A stretch of DNA of 64,000 nucleotides, from contig OY843768.1 of NCBI GenBank assembly GCA_963693095.2, positions 1,248,001 to 1,312,000 on the forward strand. The letters are read 5' to 3'. Numbering within the stretch: the stretch's first letter is position 1; the number at the start of each line of letters is the position of its first letter. This DNA comes from Cenarchaeum sp. Lineage in GTDB: Archaea > Thermoproteota > Nitrososphaeria > Nitrososphaerales > Nitrosopumilaceae. Shown here piece by piece: positions 50,801-62,800 of the stretch. Below the pieces are notes generated by a model that was given only the letters and a program-made list of their open reading frames with translations, did not search any database and had not been told where the DNA came from. A program made the position numbers and the translations under genes.

Positions 50801-53800
50801 CGACTGCCCAGTCGCCGTCGACGCTCGTTCCCGTGACGGCCTCTGACAGCGTGACCACCAGGGCCGCAGTCGACGTCGTCGCAGCGGACATGAGGGTCGG
50901 CGCGGCCCTGTCAATTATGGGCCGTGTCGGTGCGTCGTATGAGGGCACATGGCCCGCAGAGCCCGTCACGACTGTCATGTTTGGCGTGGGCATTGCCTCA
51001 TCAAACACGCTCATCATGAACTCAAACGGGCCGTCGGCAGGCTCGCCGGCTCCTGAGAGCACGAGATAGTCGACGGTCCAGCGCGTCTCGTCTCCGGCGG
51101 CCACGCGCGTCATTGTCACGGTGTTGGCGTCATCGGCCGTGGTGCCAGGATCGTCGGTCTTGCCGTCGAGGAGGATCGTCGGCGGCTCTACGGCATCCTG
51201 GTCGAGCGTGACTGTGAGGCGTATCGTGTCACCGGCGCGCGCATGGTTCGAGTACGGCGCTGCGCGCGCCGAGAGCGCCCCCATCGAGTCGGCCTCGAGG
51301 ACAGTGTACGAGATCGCCGTCGCGAGCGGAACCATCGTGTCGACTGTCACGGTGTCCACGAGGTCAGCTGCGGGGCTGTTGGATGCCGGTGAGGCATCAC
51401 CAATATCCGTGGTGGCCCTGAGCGTGTACTGCGCGTCAGCGGCGGCGAGCGGAAGCGTGAGCGCGACTGTCTCGGGGGAGCCGGCGACCGGGGCCACGGT
51501 GACGCCGGCCACGGGCGTCGTCCTGCCAGTAGACGTCGTGTCGCCGGCCTCCAGGTAGACTGTCGTGCCAGAGACCGTGGAGGCGTCAAGCGCCTCGCTG
51601 AACGTGGCGTGTATCGTTCGCGTCGGCAACTGCTGAAGCACGGACACTAGCGTCGGCGGCACGCTGTCGGCTACCATGACGGGGCTCTGCGGCGTGATTT
51701 CCGCAAGCTCGCGGGCGATCCTGTCAACCACGCGTCCGGCCGCAGAGGTGCCCGGGGCGTACTCTAGTGTCGGCTTTGCGCCAGTCGGAAGCGTCGCGTG
51801 CGACATTGTCATCACTTTGCCAGATATGGAGACAGAGCCTGTCGCCGCCTGCACACCGGCATTCTTTATGGCCCAGTGGCCTGCGCGCTCGGAGGCGGTC
51901 CCGCCGTTAAACCTCACTATCTCGCTGAATGTCACCGTTGTCGTAGTCGTCGACGTCATTGTGGCCGAGACGACTGTTGGGGGGTCGTGGTCCACTATTG
52001 GCCACAGTGCGGCAAAGCGCGCCTCATTAATGTCATCATTCCCACTGTCACCGACACATGCGTGAGCTCGCGTGTTTAGGTCCCTGGTGCAGTCGGTGCC
52101 TCGCGTGAACGTTACCTCGTTGCCCACCGGAATGTCAATCGTCGTAAACACTGGCACTAGCCGGCCCTCCGGGATGCCCGTGGTCACAGTCAGCGTGTGT
52201 GACCAGTTGTCGTTATCAGCATCATAAGAGAGTGGACGTGATGTGTCAGTACCAAAGTATTTGACCGTCGCAGACTCCATGGCGTATGGCTGATCAGCGC
52301 ACTGTGGATCTGGTAGACGGCAATTCGGAGCATCTGGGCCATTCGGCGTGTATGACAGTATCTCCGGCCGCACTAGCACAGTGTCTCCGGCCTTTACCAG
52401 CAGTGTGCCATAACCCACTGTCGGGTCTGCGTCCGCAAGGCGCGCCCTGCTCACGTCAAGATTGACGGTGTTTGCCTCAGGCGCAGCCCTGTCGAGCATG
52501 CGCTCACGTGGCACCTTTAGCTCCTCTGCGCCCACCCGCAGCGCATTGCCGGCCACGTCAGTCAGCGCAGTGCCCGTGTACTCGAGGGTGGCGCCATAGT
52601 CGACTTCGCGCTTGCCCTCATAGTAGCCGATCTGCGTGGAGGAGAGCTGCTTGGTTACAAGGGCAATCTCACTCAACGGGGATGACGGTGGTATAGAGAG
52701 CCTCAGCACGGGGTCGCTATCAGGCAGCAAGAATTCCCTGACATCCTTAAGACTATCTCCGCTCGGATCCTCCTCGTCACCGACAATCCACGAGCCAGCT
52801 CTCGTCGAGCCCGCCATGGGCTCGCTAAACTGCACGACCATCGAGGTCAGGCCCGTTATGTGAACCACGTCGATGACCGGCCGCACCCCGTCAGTCGCCT
52901 CGGCGCCGCCGGAGGCGACGTCAGAGGTGACCTCTGCGAGGAACCCGCCGGTCGGCTCGGTGCCGGGCTTTGCGTACGCGACTTGGGGCGTGGCGCCAGT
53001 CGAGGAGAGATCGTCGTGCGTGATGAGCAGGTGCGTGGCAGTCGGGGAGTCCGGTATGGTCGCAGTCGAGCCCACCGTGGCCACAGTCGCCGTCGCCGTG
53101 CCGTCGGCTCCGGCAGTCGCCACGCGCAATGTCGTCAGCGCCCCGTTGTCTGCCATGTCAGTCGCGTCGTTCTCGGTGACGGTCCAGTCACCCACGTCGA
53201 GCGTGCCGGCCAGGTCGCCGCCGTCAAAGGTGACGAGCGTCGTAGTCAGGCTCCTCGTGGCGGCCTCGAAGGGCGCAAGCGTGTACGTCGCGCTCGCAAT
53301 GCTTAAGGCAAGCGCGTTGCCGGCCAGGTCGGTGATCGTTATCGGCAGCTGCACGGCCCACGATCCTGCCAAGTTTGCCATGGCCTCCACGGTGAGGACG
53401 GCGCCCTCGGCGCTAGCGTCCCTAGACGCAGGGTTGCCGAGCCCAGTCGGCGGGGCGACAGTCACGGTGAACGTGTCCGGCGTCACGATCACCTCGTTGA
53501 ACGTGATCACAATCGAGGTGCCCCTAAAGAACGCCGGCGTCGCCGCATCAAGCGTCGGCGCAGTCCGGTCAACGGTGGGCAGCTCGACTGTGATGTCTCC
53601 GGCGTGACCGTCCGAAGCCGTTATCTGTCCGTCGATGCCGGCGGCATCCTCGACATCTATGGTAAAGTCAAACGGCGCAGCAGGCGACGTCTCGGGAGTC
53701 GTGGCCGACACGGCGAGGTCATAGTGCCACGTGCTCGCGTCGCTGCCGCCCGTGTTCACCATGGACTCGCCCGTGAGCCCGCCGACGTCGATCTCTGGCG

Positions 53801-56800
53801 TGCCAGAGGCATCCTCGCCGAGCGTGAGCAGGAGGCGGATCGTGTCGCCGGCCGCAGCATGGAGCCTCGAGGCGCCGGACTTTAGCGTTAACAGGTTCAG
53901 CGCGTCAGCGCCGCCCGTGTTGGTGTCATCGTACACCTCAAAGGATATCGCAGTAGCCCTCGGCGGCGCGTCATAGGTGCCCGTGGCGGCCGCGCCGGCG
54001 TACGCGTTGCCGGCCAGGTCAGTCAGCGTGGTCGGCAGCGCCACAGAGTACGCCCCCGACGCGCGTGTGGCATCGAGCACGGTGACGACCGCGCCGGCAG
54101 GCATGGTGTTCCTGTCCATCGCATCAGACGCGCCTGACGGCGGCGTGACTCGCAGCATGGCCGGAGAGACGACTGGCTCGCTGAACGTGAGGACGATCGA
54201 GTAGCCCGAGAAGGCAGTCGTCGTGAGCGTCGGCGCCGTGCGGTCTATGGTCGGCACGTCCGCCGTGCTGCCGCTGGCCATCGGGGTCTCCTGCGTTATG
54301 GGCTCAGGGTTGCCCTCCACTGTGATCGAGAACGTGAACGGCGCAGTGGGCGAAGTCTCGACTGTCGTGGTGCCCACGATGATGTCGTGGTGCCACGTCG
54401 TGTCCAGCGCGTCGCCATTGTTGCCCATCGTCGTCGCCGTCGGCGTCCTGCCCGTGCCGGGCACCGTCACTGACGGCGCGGCGGTGACGCCCTTGTCGAG
54501 CGTGAGCACGAGGCGGATCGTGTTGTCTGCCATCGCGTGGAGCTCCGAGGCGCCGGACTTTATCGTGGACAGGTTCAGCGTGTCGGCCGTTCCGGAGCCG
54601 TCAGTGTCGGTGTCGCCGTACACCGCAAAGGATATCACAGTCGCCATCGGCGGCGTGCTGAACTCGGCGCCTCCCGGCACGGCCGTGTTGGTGGCCAAGG
54701 GGTTGCCCACGCCCACCACGTCTTTTATCCCGCTCACGGCCAGGGCGTACGTGCCCTCGGCCACATGGGCGTCCAGCGTGAAGCGCAGGCCGGTGTTCGG
54801 CCCATAGCCCTCGTCGGCTGGGTCAAAGAGGTCGGCGTCGTCATCGACGCTGCCCGTGGTGACCTTTGTGCCGGCCATGGTGGAGACCGTCAGGCGCTCG
54901 ATGCCGCGGCCGGGATGCGCGACGGCCTCGTCAAAGAGGACCTCGACGGTGTCTGACGCCGTAAAGCGGCCCACCGCCGGAACCGGCGGCGCGCCGTCGG
55001 CGGCCGCGACTGGGCTGCCGACAGTGGAGCCCACGGGGTTGCCGGCCCTGTCGGCCAGGCGCTCCTGCTCCCCCACGAGCGTCGCCGAGTCGTCGTACAG
55101 GACGCCCGGCGTCGAGGCCGCCGACGGGAGGGCGTCGTGGTGGAGGATTATCCTGTCCGTCCCGGCCTGCGGGATCTCGACTGTGGCCGACGGCCCGTCG
55201 GAGCCCACGGTCACGTCATTGACTGTGATGCTGCCCCCGTCCGAGAGCGACCAGTCGTCCGCGCGCGCCGTGCCCACGAGCCGCTCGGCGAAGCGGATAT
55301 CCGTATGTGTCAGGCTCTGCGTCTCGGCCGTGAACGCCGGAGGCGTGGTGTCCTCCACGGCAGACGAGGTCCCGTCGGCCAGCGCGTTGGCCGCCGGCGA
55401 GGTGTCGGCTATCGAGTTCGCCCTGGCGTCCTCGCCGTCCGGCACGTTTAGCGTGAGCGTGATCGTGGCGAGGTCGAACGAGGTGGAGTAGCCGCCCCTG
55501 CTATCTGGCGCCGTGATCGTGGCGGTCTGCGCGCCCAGGTTATAGGCGACATTCGAGGCGGCCAGCGTGGCGTCGGCCGTGTCGGCGGCGTTCCTCCCCG
55601 AGAACGTCCAGTCGGCGGCCGTCGGGAGCGTCTTGCCTGTGGCCTGCGAGACGGGCTCGGAGAAGGTCACCGTGTGGACGGCGGTGAACAAGCTGTCCGT
55701 GGAGTCAGTCAGCGGCCTCTCTACCGTAAACGTCGGAGGCGCGCCGTCAGTGGCCGCAGTGTCGCGCGTGGCCACCTCGGATGTGCCCTCGGCGAGGAAC
55801 CCGCCAGTCGGCCTGTCGTCAGGCTTTGTGTACGCGACGTTCGGCGTGGCCGCCGTCGAGGAGAGCGCGTCGTGCGTGATGAGGAGCTGCTTTGCAGTCG
55901 AGGCGTCCGGTATCTCGGCCGCGGAGCCCACCGTGGCCGCAGTCGTCGTCGCGACGCCGCTGAGCGCAGTCGCCACTCTCGACGTCGTCAGCGCCACGTT
56001 GTCCGCCATGCTGGCCGCGTCGTTCTCGGTGACCGTCCAGTTCGTCACGTCAAGCGTGCCCGAGAGATCGCCGCCGGTAAAGGTCACGAGCGTCGTCGTG
56101 AGGCTCGCAGTGGCGGCCGTGAAGGGGCCAGCCGTGGCGGCGATGCCATCTGTTGCGATCGCCGACGCGCCGTCCGGAATCGGGTTGTTATTGGCATTGT
56201 CGAGTGACATTCTGCTGCCAAACAGCGCATCGGCGAGATAGTTGGAGGCGGGGCGGCTATAGGTGACCGTGGGCATGTCGTCCACGCCAAAGGTCGCCAC
56301 GGTGAGCGTAAAGACCGTGCGTATAACGCCGGCCTGCGTAACGTTGGCCGTGGTCAGGGCGCTTGGCGTGGCGCCGTCCACGTCCCAGTTCCCCACGACT
56401 CGCCAGGGGGCGTGATTATTGTGTGAACTCGTGTTGTGTATCGCCTCGGTGAACGTGACAGCTATCGTCGCCGTCGTCAACGTGCGCGCCGTGAACGTCG
56501 GCGGGGCCTTGTCGGTGACGGCCGTGGCAGATGTCGGGCTGCCGGCGGCGGCCGCAAGGCGGAGCTCTGCCGAGTTTCGGAGCGTGTCATCGCCCGTCGA
56601 CGGGCGCGTGTAGACCACGCTCGCCGCGGTGATCTCCGCCAGGTCGCCGTCACCGTCGGGGTCGGCCAGGCTGGTGTAGGGGCGCGCCGGGTCTAGCGTG
56701 AGGACGATCTCTGTGGCGTCAAAGGGCGAGGACGGCACCGCAGTCCTGACTGTCGAGCCGGCGACTGCCCACTCGGAGCCGGCAGTCACGCCAAAGACGG

Positions 56801-59800
56801 CCTCGTTGAACGTGATCCTCACGGTCTCCGCCGAGGTCAGCTCGGCGCTGAACGTCGGCGCAGTCGTGTCCGCCGCGTACGTGGCAGTCACCGGGGCGGC
56901 GGCGAGCCCGTTGTCCGAGGCGTCGTCTATGCCCGTGGGCAGCGCGACAGAGTACTCGCCGGCAGCCGGCGAGGAGATTGTGACTGTCGCCCTGTCGGTG
57001 CCGTCGGTGTGGTCTGCGTTCAGCGCGCCGCCGGGCGTGACGGCCAGCGTGGCCGGCACTCCGTTGACCGGCTCGCTGAACAGGATGACGATCGCGCTGC
57101 CCAAAAAGGCCGCCCTGGCCGTCGGCGGCGCGCCGTCGGCCACTGCCGTGGCCGTGGCCGTCATCCCGGCTGCGGCAAGGTCGTTGCCGGCGCCGTCGGC
57201 GAGCGTGTTGGACGCAGTCGCCGAGTCCGCCGCGGGGCGCGCATAGACCACGCTCGCCGTCGTGATCTCCTCGAGCGGGCCTGCACCGTCCGGGTCGGCC
57301 AGTGCCGTGCCCGCGCGCGAGGCCGACAGCGTGAGGACGATCTCGCCGGCCGAGGACGGCGAGGAGGGCGTGACCGCGCTGACTGTCGAGCCGGCGACTG
57401 TCCACTCGGCAGGCGCCGTCGTGCCGTCGACATCCTCGGTAAACGTGATCGTCACGGTGGTCGCAGACGTGAGGCTTGCGCTGAACGTCGGCGGAGTCGT
57501 GTCCGCCGGCGCCGCGTACGTCGTCATCACCGTGGCGCCCGAGGCGAACGCGTTGCCGGCGAGGTCGGCCAGGCCCGCCGGCAGCGTGACGGTGTGCTCG
57601 GCGGCGGCCGCGTCGGCGGCCAGCGTGAGGGTGATCGTGCGGGCCGCCGCGTCATAGACGATGGGCCTCACCGGCGTGTCGGCTGCCAGGTCCTCCGTGG
57701 CCAGCGAGACGGGGCTGCCGCCGGCGCTCACGGCGAACGTGTAGCCCTCCACCTGCGTCGGCGTGTTGAGGAGCGCCTCGCCCGCCGTGATGACGAGCGT
57801 CCTGGCCGCCGTGAACGCCGCAGTCGCCGTCGGCGCGGTCAGGTCTATGGCCGGCAGGGTGAACGTGAGGGCGGCGGACTCCGTTATGGTGCCCGTGTTG
57901 GGCGGCGTCGCCGCATCGGCCACGGCGATCGAGAACGTGAACGCCACGTCGTCCGTCTCGGCAGTCATGCTCGTCACTGCCATGTCGTGCACCCACGTCA
58001 GGCCGTTGGCCTCCGAGCCGGCCACCATCGGGGCAGCAACAGGCGTCCTGCCCGCGCCGGGCACCGTCACCATCGGCGCGCCGGGAACCGTCTCGTCGAG
58101 CGTGAGCTTTAGGCGGATCGTGTCCCCGTCGCTTGCGCGCAGCGCGCTCTCGCCGGACTTTAGCGTGCCGGTGCTCGCCGTGCCGTCGCCGTACACCTCG
58201 AAGGCTATCGAGGTTGCGGCCGGCGCGGCCGCGTCGTACGTCGCGGCCACCGTGGCGCCCGAGGCGAACGCGTTGCCGGCGAGGTCTTCCAGGCCCGCCG
58301 GCAGCGTGACTGTGTGCTCGGCGGCGGCCGCGTCGGCGGCCAGCGTGAGGGTGATCGTGCGGGCCGCCGCGTCATAGACGATGGGCCTCACCGGCGTGTC
58401 GGCTGCCAGGTCCTCCGTGGCCAGCGAGACGGCGCTGCCGCCGGCGCTCACGGCGAACGCATAGCCCTCCACCTGCGTCGGCGTGTTGAGGAGCGCCTCG
58501 CCCGCCGTGATGACGAGCGTCCTGGCCGCCGTGAACGCCGCCTCGGCCGTCGGCGCGGTCAGGTCTATGGTCGGCACGTCCGCCGTGCTGCCGCCGGCCA
58601 GCGGGGTCTCCTGCGTTATGGCCGCAGGGTTGCCCTCCACTGTGATCGAGAACGTGAACGGCGCAGTGGACGAAGTCTCGACAGTCGTGGAGCCCACGAT
58701 GATGTCGTGGTGCCACGTCGTGGTCAGCGCGTCGCCTGCGTTGCCCATCGGCGTCTCCGTAGGCGTCCTGCCCGTGCCGGGCACCGTCACTGACGGCGCG
58801 GCGGTGACGCCCTTGTCGAGCGTGAGCACGAGGCGGATCGTGTTGTCGGCCATCGCGTGGAGTTTCGAGTCGCCGGACTTTATCGTGGACAGCTCCAGCG
58901 TGTCACCCGTGCCAGAGCCGTCCGTGTCTGTGTCGCCGTACACCGCAAAGGATATCGCAGTCGCCATCGGCGGCGCAGCCGGCGTGTACGTCGCAGTGCC
59001 AGCCTCGCCGAAGAGAACCCTGTTTGCCGTCGGCGTGGCGAGGTCGTCGATCGTGTTGTCGACATTGACGGTGTATGTCCTGCCAGGCTCAGCGTTTGCG
59101 CCCAGCTCTAGCATGTACGTCGCTGGAGCCTCATAGTCGACGCCGGTCACGCCGAGGTTGCCCTCCGTGGCAGTCACGGTCCAGCCGGTCGTCCCTGAGG
59201 AGGAGACGTCAGTCACGGCCTCGCCAAAGGTCACAGATAACATGTTGGCCGCCGTGAACGTGGCGAGCTCTATCGTCGGCCTTAGGCCGTCAGTGGCGCG
59301 GACGTGGGGCTCAAGCGTCGAGAGCATGGCGTTGCCAAGCCCGTCGCCCAGGCGCACCTGTTCCGAAGCTAGCATAGTCGAGGCGTCGTACGAAAAGACC
59401 GGCGTCGAGCCCGTGGAGGCGAGCGTGGGGTGGAGGACATCGACGGAGGGAAGAGACGTCAGGGTGCGTATGGTCGCGGTGGTCGAGACGATGCTGCTGA
59501 TTGTCGCCGTGTTGCCGTTATCCGTGAGCGACCAGTCGGCCACGCGCATCGTGCCGCTGACGGGCTCGCTAAAGGTGATCCTCGAGCCATCCAGTCGCAC
59601 CGTCTCGACCGTGAACGTCGGCGGCGCCTTGTCGACAAGTGCCGTGGCCGTCCCCATGCCGCCTGCCGTCGAGGCAAGGTGGTTGTCCGCGCCGTCCTGG
59701 ATCGTGTTGGTGCCAGTCAACGGGCGCGTGTACGTGACGGCCGAGGCGTCCAGGGTGCCCAGGGCGGTGCTCCCACGAGCGGCGGCGAGCGTGATAAAGA

Positions 59801-62800
59801 GCTCGTCGGTGGCCGTGGTGATCGACAGGTCGCCGGTCTCGGCCCCGTCGGTAGCCGTCAGCGAGAGCGAGGCCGGCTGGACGCCGTCAAAGCTCCACTC
59901 GCCACGCGCCGTCGTGCCGTCGATGCGCTCGTCAAAGACGATCCTCACGGTGCTCGCAGACGTGAGCTCGGCGCTGAACGTTGGCGCCGTGTTGTCTACC
60001 ATCACGTAGCTCGCATTGGCGTCTATCGTGTTGGCCGTCGGCGTGACCTTGTCCATGATCCCGTCGGCGGCGTTTACCGTGTACTCGACGCCGAAAGTCG
60101 CGGTGGAGACGGTGAGCGTGTACGTGTCGTCGTCATCAAAGTCCACCATCGACACCGTGAGGCTGGCAGAGTCGGCCACCACTGACCAGCCGGTTCCAGC
60201 CATCGTCGACGTGTCCCTGCTCACAGGCTCGGTGAACGTGACAGATATCGTCGTCGCGTCGGTGAACGAGGCCGACTCGATGGACGGGGAGACCCCGTCG
60301 GCGGCCACGACGGGGCTGGCGCCCGTCGGGCGCAGGTCGACTCTGTCGGAGTCGAGCAGCTCGCCGGCGGCGGCCGTGTACGCCACGTTCGGCGTCGCGT
60401 CGTCGTCCTGCGCGTTGGCAGACGTCAGCGTGAGCGTGATCGTCTCGACTGCCGTCGTTATCGTGACCGTGCCGCCTGCCTCCGTCGCGCCGACGGCAGA
60501 GACGGACTCGACTGGCATGCCGTCGACTGTCCACTCGGAGGCCGCCGTGCTGCCGTCGAGCGCCTCGGAGAACCTGACGATGACTGACGTTGCCGTGTCG
60601 AGCGTCGCCGTGAACGTCGGCGCCGCGTTGTACGTCGCCATCTCGGTCTCGCCGGCGTCTATCGTGTTGGCCGTCGGCGTGACCTTGTCCATGATCCCGT
60701 TGGCCACGTTTATCGTGTACTCTACGCCGTCAGTCGCGGCTGAGACGGTGAGCGTGTACGTCGCCGGAGCCTCATAGCCGACGCCGGTCACGCCAAGGTT
60801 GCCCTCCGTGGCAGTCACGGTCCATTCGGCCGTCCCTGACGAGGAGACGTCAGTCACGTCCTCGGCGAACGTGACAGATATCGTCGTCGCGTCGGTGAAC
60901 GAGGCTGACTCTATGGACGGGGAGACCCCGTCGGTGGCCACGACGGGGCTGGCGCCCGTCGGGCGCAGGTCGACGTCATCGGAGTCGAGCAGCTCGCCGG
61001 CGGCGGCCGTGTACACCACGTTCGGCGTCGCGTCATCGTCCTGCGCGTTGGCAGACGCGAGTGTGAGCGTGATCGTCTCGACTGCAGTCGTTATCGTGAT
61101 CGCCGCGTCGTCGACCGTCGTGGACGTGCCGTCCGTGATGGACTCGGGCGCCTCGCCGGCGACGCTCCACTCCGTGCGCGCCGTGCTGCCGTCGAGCGCC
61201 TCGGAGAACCTGACTATGACTGACGTCGGCGTGTCAAGCGTAGCCGTGAACGTCGGCGGCGCGTTGTACGTCGCCGTCTCGGTCTCGCCGGCCGCTATCG
61301 TGTTGGGTGAATCGGCCTCGTCCATGATCGTGCCAGGCGCGCTGACCGTGTACTCTACACCATCAGTCGCGGCGGAGACGGTGAGCGTGTACGTGTCGCT
61401 GTCATCAAAGTCCGCCATCGACACCGAAAGGCCGCCGTTCACCGACCAGCCCGTGGTAACCTCGGTCACGTCCTCGGCGAACGTGACAGATATCGTCGTC
61501 GCGTCGGTGAACGAGGCTGACTCTATGGACGGCTTGATCTTGTCGGTGGCCACGACGGGGCTGGCGCCCGTCGGGCGCAGGTCGACGTCATTGGAGTCGA
61601 GCAGCTCGCCGGCGGCGGCCGTGTACGCCACGTTCGGCGTCGCGTCGTCGTCCTGCTCGTTGGCAGACGCGAGCGTGAGCGTGATCGTCTCGACTGCCGT
61701 CTCTATCGTGATCGCGCCGTCGCCGATCGTCGTCGACGTGCCGGCCGTGACGGACTCGGGCTCCTCACCGGCGACGGCCCACTCTGTGCGCGCCGTGCTG
61801 CCGTCGAGCGCCTCGGAGAACCTGACGGTTACTGACGTCGCCGTGTCAAGTGTCGCCGTGAACGTCGGCGCCGCGTTGTACGTCGCCATCTCGGTCTCGC
61901 CTGTGTCTATCGTGTTGGGCGTCGTGGCTCTGTCCATGATCCCGTTGGCCGCGTTTATCGTGTACTCTACGCCGTCAGTCGCGCCAGAGACGGTGAGCGT
62001 GTACGTCGCCGGAGCCTCATAGTCGACGTCGGTCACGCCAAGGTTGCCCTCCGTAGCAGTCACGGTCCATTCGGTCGTCCCTGACGAGGAGACGTCAGTC
62101 ACGTCCTCGCCAAAGGTCACCGATATCGTCGTCGCGTCGGTGAACGAGGCCGACTCGATGGACGGGGAGACCTCGTCGGCGGCCACGACTGGGCTGGCGC
62201 CCGTGGAGGCCAGCACGGCGCTATCAGCGTCGGCGATTAGCGGGGTTGCAGCCGGCACCGTGTACGCCACGTCCGGCGTCGCGTCGTCGTCCTGCGCGTT
62301 GGCAGACGCGAGTGTGAGCGTGATCGTCTCGACTGCAGTCGTTATCGTGATCGCCGCGTCGTCGACCGTCGTGGACGTGCCGTCCGTGATGGACTCGGGC
62401 GCCTCGCCGGCGACGCTCCACTCCATGCGCGCCGTGCTGCCCTTTAGATCCTCCGAAAAGGTCACAGTCACTGACGTCGGCGTGTCAAGCGTCGCCGACG
62501 CCACTGTCGGCACCACGCCGAGCGTCGCGCCACCAGGCACCCCCGTGGTCAGGCGCAGGCGGACGTCGCCATGGTCCACTATCCCGCTCACGGCAAAGAC
62601 ATAGTCGCCCCTGGGCACCGACGCGTTCAGCGTGAAGCGCAGGCCTGTGCCTGCGGCATAGCCCGCGTCGACTGGGTCAAAGACGTCAGCGGCGTTATCG
62701 ACGCTGCCCGTGGCGATCGCATTGGCCGAGAGCTGCCGAATCCCCGGCACGAAGACATGCAGGCGCTCGCCTGTAGGCTGCATGGCGGGATCGTCAAAGA

